From: Schizochytrium sp. TIO01
Lineage: Eukaryota; Protista; Bigyra: Labyrinthulomycetes
Direction of reading: 5' to 3'
Length of the DNA: 64,000 nucleotides
Assembly (NCBI GenBank): GCA_004764695.1
Contig: SMSO01000007.1
Coordinates: forward strand, 1,185,270-1,249,269
Positions 55,673 through 64,000 of this stretch are shown here, piece by piece (within the stretch, counting starts at the first letter, position 1; each line of letters begins with the position of its first letter). The notes beneath the pieces are model-generated. The model worked only from the letters and a program-made list of their open reading frames with translations, did no database searches and had not been told where the DNA came from. A program made the position numbers and the translations under genes.

Positions 55673-58600
55673 AGACTATTTCTCTTTTTCTTTTGCGATT
55701 TCCCCTCTCTTCTAGTGTTTATCTTTTTATCTTTATCTTTTCTTTTAAGTTAAATAAATATGTTTGTTTTTTTAAGGTTAAAATTAAATCAATAAGACTA
55801 TTTTTTACTTATTTTTTCAGAGTTTTGAAGGGCTCTTTTCATTCAAAGCCTCTGCAGAGAGAAGTGAGTAGAAAGAAGGAAATCAAGAATGGTTTTGGAA
55901 AAATGGACCCAGACTGACTGCCAAGGATTAGAGGAATGCCTTCCTATTATGACCTTGGCTTCTTCTGCCTCTTCCACGGCTCATCGCGATGATTTAGATT
56001 GCAGTCTCGACGGTTCTTGAGTTTCTGAATGCACCCTTGGCAGCCACACATTTGCGTCAAGATTGAGACAAACTCCGGGGACCTACAATTAAAGGACGCC
56101 AGTGATTTTGAGGTTTTGGAGGAGCGTTCATGAACCATTTCATGAAAAGCTTCCCCGTATTTACAAACAAGCCTGTGCTCGGACAGCCGCCTTTGTTTGG
56201 CTGTCCGAGAATGCGAAGTGAAGATTGCCCGAACCGGATTTCGATCTTGGGATTTGCCAAAACAACCATTAAAGGTTCCACCATTCATGTTTGGAGTTCT
56301 GCCTTTTTGAAGTTAGATATCCACGTTTTTTTGCTTTTGCTTTTGCTTTTGCTTTTGCTTTCCTTATTGCTTTTGTTTCTGTGTTTATTCATGTCTGCAT
56401 TTCGAGAGACACTTGTGCTATAGACTCCAGAAAGACGGTGAACTAATGAACTCCACTTGTGCTGCCCCAAAACTGCACAAGAAAAAGCAAACGTTCACTG
56501 TTCTGCCAAAGTAAGTTTCTATCACCAAGGAAGGATCCTCAGGTTTGCATGAATTGAACGCAACGCAATAATGGTCCACCGTGAAGGATCATCAAATACG
56601 CTTTAACTCCAAAACGCTGTCGCGTGCCCTCATCTCTTTAAGAACTCATTTCCTCCCTTTCGCTGTACACGTGCGCGTTTCTGCATATCCATCTCAATTC
56701 CGGGTTCTTGTTTCTCTCTCATGAAGTCGAGTTCTTCGCAACCTCATTCTCTCAACGAGGGGACTCAACTCTTGTCAGAAAGGAAAGGCTTTCGAAATCG
56801 CAACGCAGCAAATCCTGGGCTGAGAAGTATACCCTTGATAGGACGTGTCGAGAGTTTTTAGTCGCGATAGCCGATGTCCGCGCAGTTCTTGCAGTCCTTG
56901 AGACCCTCCGTTCTCGCGATCCCTAATTCTCCTTTTTGGGAGACGAACGTTCAAGATCGCAAAGTTCTACGGTTCTACCTATATAGCAGTCTCATTCTTG
57001 AACCGCTCGCTTTCATTCCCTTTTCTTATTACATCTGCTCTTGTTATTAAATTAAATTAAATTAAATTAAAAAAAAATTGGAATGCGAGAAAGAGGAATC
57101 GAAAGAAAGCAGCAATTATTTTTTTAAAATTCAAAAACACTGTGCAGCTTTTACAGACAACGCGTATCACATATCCACCAATACAAATGTAAATAATTTT
57201 TAATTTTTAATTGTTTTAAAATAAAATAAAATAAAATAAAATAAAATGAAATAAAATGAAATAATATATGATAGAAACAACTCGAAACAAATGAATAAAC
57301 AAATAGATACAATATACGAGTTTTCAAATTGAATTAGCCAATAGATAATAGGAAGCAGAGCGAGATGGGTCCCTCCTAAACGCGAGGAAAGCACAGTACA
57401 CTCAGACAAAGAATTCAAATCCACTGCGAGCGCCAACTTGCGTTTCGCATCGTCTGCTCTCGCATTTCGTGAACTGCGGCCAGCCGGGCCCCGCCGACTC
57501 GCAGACCCGCGGCGGCGACCGCGGCCCGTGCGAGCAGGCGGCCTCTGAGCTCTCCTCGTCCGGGCGTCGCTCGCTTGCAAAGCGGGTTGCGCAGCCGTGG
57601 CGTATCATAGACAGCAAGTTCCACGACACGTATCTTCAGCCTCGCTCAAGCTAAACCTCGAACTGCGCCAGGAGGCACGCAGGTCCTGGTCTCTGAGGAG
57701 AACGCGAGTCGAAGAAGAAGACGTCTCCAGGGCTGCAGAGCACAAGCTCGCCCCCAGCAATGCTGACACCGGCGGAGGTGGACTCCAAAGTCGTGGCTGC
57801 TTGCTTGCTAAAAATCTGTGCAAAGGCTGACGGAGCGGGAACCTCTCAAGTGCTCGAGAGGACATAATACATCGGAAGCGGTGGCGTCCTTCCTCGTCGT
57901 GCAGTTGTTCGTCACACCCGTGGAGACGGCGTCGAACCCGGTGCGCTCAGAGCTGCGAAGAGTTGGAGAGAAGTGTTGGGAAGGCACTGACAGGATGGGT
58001 TGCGCAAGATCAAGATCGCACGAAGAATTGGGCAGAGGTCTGATCTGTGCGGAGCTTCTTTTGCAACTCTAACCCACCAGTCTCCGAGCTCCTCACTTGC
58101 GCGAAGAAATGATTGCAATGCATTGTGAAAGCCACAAACTCGACATCTCGTTGCAGCCTCTAAATAGAGCTCAACGGCGAGCAAGGTTGGAGTGTCTCAT
58201 GACATTGACCATCTCTCAAAGCTATCATCGCATCGTGTGACGGAGAGAGACGTTGCTCTGGCGGCAGCACCAGCTGGGTTGCGCAACCTTGACGTAGAGA
58301 CAGCAGCAGATGATCTATTAAAGTCCTTCATTCGTGATGATTCACAGGCACAACAACGATTCGAGCTGAAGGAAAGCTATCCCTCAATGGGCGCAGAAAT
58401 CGTTCATGCGGCTGACTCGAGCAACACTATCCCCAAGCGAACACAAAGACCTGCGGCCGCAAGCTCGCACCGAGACAAGTTAACTTTCAAAAATGAACGA
58501 CAATAAAAAGTAGTCATGGATGATCTCAACCTAGTATTATAAATTTTTTATGTAAATGTTTCATTGATTGAACACACCACACCGCGAAGAGCAGCAGAAA

Positions 58601-58853
58601 TTCTGTGGCAAATTCATTGGCAAGAGACTAAAATGATGAGCAAGCGTGCTCTGGTGTGTTTTTCTGAAAATCAAAAATCACGCACCGGCCACTGCTCTGC
58701 AGCGAACAATGCTCCGCCTGACAAAGCCGAACAGGTCGAAATACCTATTCACTTCTTTTGCTTCCAGGGGTGAGGGCCTGGAAATTCCAACTTGGTTCTC
58801 TTCGCTGCTCCTTCTGACTCAAAGTTTCCAACGAAACGGAAACGGGTTGCGCA
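50211..58853. promoter_or_regulatory. cluster of GGGTTGCGCA motifs (candidate cis-element)
   Basis: Exact copies at 50211 (minus), 50641, 51360, 57584, 57997, 58276 and 58844, plus one at 40028. Function is inferred only. Confidence 0.45.
55587..55673. repeat. (GAAA)n microsatellite
   Basis: Perfect tetranucleotide run. Confidence 0.97.
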
Positions 58854-61800
58854 GCATTCGCGCTGGAAGATAGTCCTCATTCCCCTTTGTTTGGCAGTGG
58901 CGACTCACGCACTTGCTCTTGCATACCTAGCTAGGCACTAATTGAAATGCGCTCATCTGACTTGAGTTTTCATCGAGCGAGTGAAAGAACTGATACTTGC
59001 ATATATACGAGTGCTTCTTTTGACTCGGGTTCTTGCCACGCAAGTTGATCGCATCGCTCAGAAATTTTCATTACTTGCGCTACCATGCTACCATAAAAGT
59101 ATGCAATTACCAATTTGTTTGTTTGTTTGTTTGTTTGGTTTATCTATTTAATTATTTGTTGATGCCGACTGACTGTGCTGGCCACGTCTGCAGCAAAGTG
59201 GTAAGAACTCTTTCTGCCTCGTAGGAGTCCAACTCTAGGTTGAGTTTTCAGGAGTATACTAAGGCTCATGAGCAACATTGGTCCCTGTTTGCTCAACATA
59301 ACACATACCTTGAACTTAGCATATTCCACTTTATTAAAGTAATCATAGTCGATTACTCGTGAGAAACCTGCTAAGGAAAGCGTATTCCCTTATTATCCGA
59401 AGCCTTCAAAAAGACAAATAGCAAATTCAATTTTCACTATGTACACTAAAGGTATAAATAAGAGTATGTTCTTTCACAGTAGAACAACACTGGAACACCA
59501 GCTAGACCCCGTGCCACAGACCTTTGAGAGAAGCATGAAGGGAGGTGGTTCTTCAGATGCTCATGTCGGAGGCGTAACGCGATGAATGCAATGCCATAGT
59601 TGGCCACCCGCAAGCCAGCAAATCCATCCGGCCTGCTAGAACTTCAAAGCGTACCTAGGTGAGTAAGCAAGTGAGCAAGTAAATTTCTGGGTGCTGGAAC
59701 CAGAATTGTTTTCGTCACTTCCTTCTTCCGATCGACTTATTCATGAGAGGATAGATAGCATGAGTGGGGTAAAGGTTCTTCAGAGCTAGAATTAGACGCG
59801 TGGCCTACTCCCCGGATCATGCTGGGTCGCTAAGATCAAGGCAGCACCGATCCTATGTATAATTATGCCACGACGTACCTGTGGAAATGTGATCTCCGTT
59901 GTAAACTTATTGACCAATGCGTACCTCTAAACTTTGAAAACAAAATGCTACGAATGCTTCATGCGAATATTATATTCACTGATGACGGGGTGAGTAGTGC
60001 ACTCCTTCCAACCAACTATTAATCTCAAAAAGTGTTCTTGTGCGTTTTCTCTTTTTATAAAAATTGATACCCAGTATTGGTGGTTTCCATGGTACATAAA
60101 GAAACGGAAAGAGACTATCCTAGTACTCCGCCACGATGGTCATTGTGATTTGCAGCAAGCCAATGCCGCCCCGGCAATTGCAGGGCTTGGATGAAAGCTA
60201 GCGGGTAAATTTTACTCTTAGCTGCCATCGGCACAAATACTGCAATGAGCATGGATAATAATGTACCATTTGCACTGAGGTTGAACAAGCTTCCATAATT
60301 GCTGGTGGGAGGACCTCAATTTAGGCTTGGTTTGGAAACTCTTGAGCTTTGCAAGCCGGCATCTCCGTCTATGTTGCTGTAGTACAAAGTGAAAATCAAA
60401 CGGCCCGCCATCCCACGTAACTTCCTTCCTCCTGGCTCGTCTGCTTCGTGCTTCCGGCAGTCGATAGCTGAACGAGATGTGAGTTTAAGTTCTTCCATGG
60501 GTTGCCGACGCCTCGGCTCTGGCCTGTCTGATAATCACTCTTGTGACGACGTCAACATGACACGTTTCGTAAAGAGTTCTGAAACAAAGCGGCCTCTTAG
60601 ATTATCAAGTTGAGTGGCTGTAGCGCTAGAATGCCGTGTTGATTTCTGGCTTCAGATTGTGCCGTGCAATCGATGTTGAACGTCAGAGCTTTGAATGGTA
60701 GTTGGTAATTTATTAGGCAAGCGGATTCGTGAATTGTGTCCTATGGTCTACTGTAGAGATATGGACTAGCTTAAGCTTGACGAATTGGAATCGATAAAAC
60801 GAAGCTCCATTCGTCAATTTTGCAAAGACAAAATATTCCCTCGCTCGGTCAAATACATTCATTCGTAGCTAGGTAGGTATCTAGGTATCTACTTGATTTG
60901 TTTTCTCAATCGCTAATCATTGTAGAGCAACCTGAATGAAGGAAATTAATACTGATCTAATCCTACCCCTCAATCACTTTTTCTAAACCATTTCGCTTAA
61001 CTGATGCCAATGCGCCGAAGAGGCATCGGAGAGGTTTGATTGGAGTTGTCTTTTTTTTTGGTTTAAACAATCTTATTAATGATACTCTGCTCAGGAGGTT
61101 TGTTTTCAGTTCATTCTTCTACAGCCAAGAGCAATTTTGCTACAGTTTAATGCTGCTGCAGTATGGCCCACAATTTGACCCTGGTTCGCGCTACACGTGA
61201 CCTTATTGAGATCTTGCCTTCTCAGCCCCAACATATACATGCTTTTATTGAAGAGGGGTGACAGTTAGTGATCATGCACATCGTCACCAAGAATGCCAAG
61301 AATGAATACGATGTTCATTGGAAATAATTTGATAAGCTGACTCTGTGAAGTATGTAATATTAAATATTTGCGAGAGCCGTATGCCAATTCAGGATCAAGA
61401 GTAACGCATACAAAAGCCCTCCCATTTTCTTTAAGTTGAGACCGTTGACAATTATGAATGCTTGGAAACCATATGATTGAAGCTTTCGTTAAAACTTCGT
61501 TACGCAGATTTATCTGTCTTGAGATGCTGAAAATTCAGTTTTTAAACCTGGCGAAACATTGGCCTTGAAGTCAGTTCAAAATAATAAAGTATGCACCAAA
61601 TCTTCAACAGCTTATTGATTGCCGAAAAACAGAAAGTCTGATATTTGCAATTGAGTTGGGTCTTAGATGTATCCTATTGCATGCTCTTCAATCATGAAAT
61701 TGTACTTCGTAATATATAGTACTGGCTATAGAGAATAACACTCATATCTTCTGAAGCATCTCTATAAAGGCTTAATACACAAACGTTATCAGCACGTACT

Positions 61801-62779
61801 ATATACAAGATAAAAAGATGCTATGAATAGACAAGGAATTTCATTTATTCTTGAGACCACTCCCAACTACTTGATGCCATGTGAAAGTGCCAAAATTTAC
61901 AGATTTCAAATCCATTAAAAAAGTATATCTTTCATAAATTGCCCTGCAAAAAGCCACCGTAACAATACATTCAGCATCACTCCAATTACTTGAATTTTTG
62001 TAGAAATAGTGAAGTCTTCAAGGCTTTGATGAAGCAGACGACGAATTCTTCGCAAGATAAAGCAACTCGCAGTTTGGAGCTTATATATAGGTGCACCTCT
62101 ACTAGTCAAATGATTATACAGAAAACAACAAGTGCATGAATCTCAAGCATCTTAACTCCTTTCTATATCTTGTTGACATACTATGGAGTCCAAGTCGTGA
62201 TAATCAAAGGCATATCGTTCTTGACAAACTCAAGAAGGCTAAATATATTGTTCCAAAACAACCTTACGTAGGTATGCATGTTCTTCAAGAAGAATTTGGG
62301 CAAGCATTTGTGTTTTGATTGAATGTTGTGTATTAGTAGAGAAAATTTGAGGGAAATTTGAACAAAATGATTTTATTTGAGGAATACGGAAGTTGAATAG
62401 CAATAAATCGACAACAATGATGGCAAATACATGCTAAGGAACGCCACAACGAGATAAGAGCCGGACACCAAAGGTCTCAAAACAACAAATATCGAATGTG
62501 TAAACAGAATTCTGCTCACTCGTAAATGTGTGCTCCCGCGTAAGTTAGTGTATTGCCTATAATTTTCTTGAAGAGAGAATGAAGGAGAGGGAGGCGGTTT
62601 GCGAAGCAAAATGCATAGTGCAATGAGCAAAGTTCAAAGATTGTGCAAGCCCTTTGGTGGTGAAAAGGACTAGAACAAGCAAAGAACCGCCGAATTGAGT
62701 TCTCTTTTCTCTAATCCTCACAAACACAGAGGTAAGGAAGATCTCAAAAGAAAGAAAGAAAGAGGACTTACTTCCTTAC

Positions 62780-64000
62780 TTAGAGATCGTACGGGGAGAC
62801 CTCATCAGAAGTCTTTCCCTGGGGAACGAAGGTGCCAGCCTTCTTCTCAGCGTAGACACGAGCAGACTCCTCCTTGAGCTCCATGAGTTTCTCGTTCTTG
62901 GTAGCACGCATGTAAAGCTCGGTCATAATGTCAAAGCGGCCAGAAGGACTGTCGCGAACAGGGGCGCCAAGCAAGAAGCCAACAATAAGGGTAACAATGA
63001 TACCAACAGCGACACCAGCGCCAGTGGAGTAGCCACCAGTTCCAACAGGGAGGGTACCACAGAAGATGCAGACAATTGCAACAGTTAAGGCGTACGGAGC
63101 CTGGGTCTTGACATGTGCGGTGAGCTCACACTTAGCAGCAAGAGCAGAAAGCACAGTGGTATCAGAAATAGGACTGGAGTGGTCACCAGTTACAGAACCA
63201 GCAAGCACAGCAGCCATGGTTCCGTAAAAGATGTTAAGGTCGCCGTTCGAGGCCTGCCATGCCGGGGCGGTAACGAGGGGGAACATCACAGACATAGTAG
63301 ACCAGGAGGAACCCATGGCAACAGACATGAAAGCAGCAATGACAAAGGTCAAGGTGGGGAGCATGCCAACGTTGAAGTTGTCGCTCTCAATAGCACGGGC
63401 AAAGAGACGATCACAGCCAACCTCAGTCATGATGCCTCCAATAGTCCAGGCAAGAATAAGCACGAGAATAGCCGGGAAGAGGTTGATGAGACCCTTAAGA
63501 AAAGTCTGGAACGACTCAACCGGGCCCAGGAGAGGGCGCGGGTAGTCCACATTGAAGTAGGTCTCCTCTTCGCTATCCTTGGCACCGACGCGCTCAGCCT
63601 CGAAGTTACGGGAAAGCTTCTTGGCGCACGGGCTAGGCAAGAGGTTAATAAAGGCCTCCTTGTTGGGGATAACGACGCGGCCGTCCTTAACGAACTGAGC
63701 CATGTAGAGAACCATGGAGCATACAGCAGTACCGGCGGTACCAATAAGAAGAGCGGAGTAGGAGTCAGAGTTCTGAATGACGTCAAGAAAGCTAGCACCC
63801 TCATCAGAACTGGAGCGACCAGTGGAAACGAGAATCCAGAAGACGAGAAGAATGAGGATGGCCACAGGGATAAGCATGTTGTAAGCACGAATCGGGGTTC
63901 CCGGGCGCACGGTAACAATAGATTGAAGACCGTCAGCACCCTTGAAAGCACCATCACCACCATCGGTGCGACCAGTGATAAAGATCTTGCGCTCAGCAAT
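62780..64000 (-). CDS. NhaC-family transporter, paralog of 43074-45635 (C-terminal 406 aa; 5' part outside the window)
   Basis: Frame is open to the window edge (IAERKIFITGRTDGGDGAFKG...). GTPIRAYNMLIP, AMGSSWS and GDHSSPISDTTVLS are colinear with the first copy. Confidence 0.92.
   Translation of the reverse strand: MAERKIFITGRTDGGDGAFKGADGLQSIVTVRPGTPIRAYNMLIPVAILILLVFWILVSTGRSSSDEGASFLDVIQNSDSYSALLIGTAGTAVCSMVLYMAQFVKDGRVVIPNKEAFINLLPSPCAKKLSRNFEAERVGAKDSEEETYFNVDYPRPLLGPVESFQTFLKGLINLFPAILVLILAWTIGGIMTEVGCDRLFARAIESDNFNVGMLPTLTFVIAAFMSVAMGSSWSTMSVMFPLVTAPAWQASNGDLNIFYGTMAAVLAGSVTGDHSSPISDTTVLSALAAKCELTAHVKTQAPYALTVAIVCIFCGTLPVGTGGYSTGAGVAVGIIVTLIVGFLLGAPVRDSPSGRFDIMTELYMRATKNEKLMELKEESARVYAEKKAGTFVPQGKTSDEVSPYDL

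Overview
Eukaryotic (stramenopile) DNA. The rRNA genes and overall layout look like a thraustochytrid such as Aurantiochytrium/Schizochytrium; this is an inference, not a database result. The window reads as a subtelomeric region. From left to right it holds ~410-bp tandem repeats (1-1053), one rDNA unit on the minus strand (28S, 5.8S, 18S; 2042-7573), a ~385-bp tandem array (~11870-16460) and a 5S gene on the plus strand (17236-17354). Next comes a cluster of conflict/immunity-type genes: a degenerate Fic ORF, a Crinkler-like REase+kinase with a decayed partial duplicate, a peptide-deformylase-fold pseudo-enzyme and a TIR-NACHT-WD40 NLR-like gene. The remainder has a Nudix hydrolase, two paralogous NhaC-family antiporters, and a gene-poor, microsatellite-rich stretch with a recurrent GGGTTGCGCA motif. 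The main finding is that the ~385-bp 'spacer' array is not non-coding. On the minus strand each unit is a GT-AG intron plus an 84-nt phase-2/phase-2 exon encoding one 28-aa ribonuclease-inhibitor-type leucine-rich repeat. Twelve such exons, a start exon and a probable terminal exon splice into an open ~463-aa LRR protein. Scaffold codons and introns are nearly identical between units, while the codons for the exposed LRR beta-strand residues are hypervariable and mosaic. This suggests a recombination-diversified LRR receptor system lodged between the rDNA and the 5S gene. The ORF track cannot show it.
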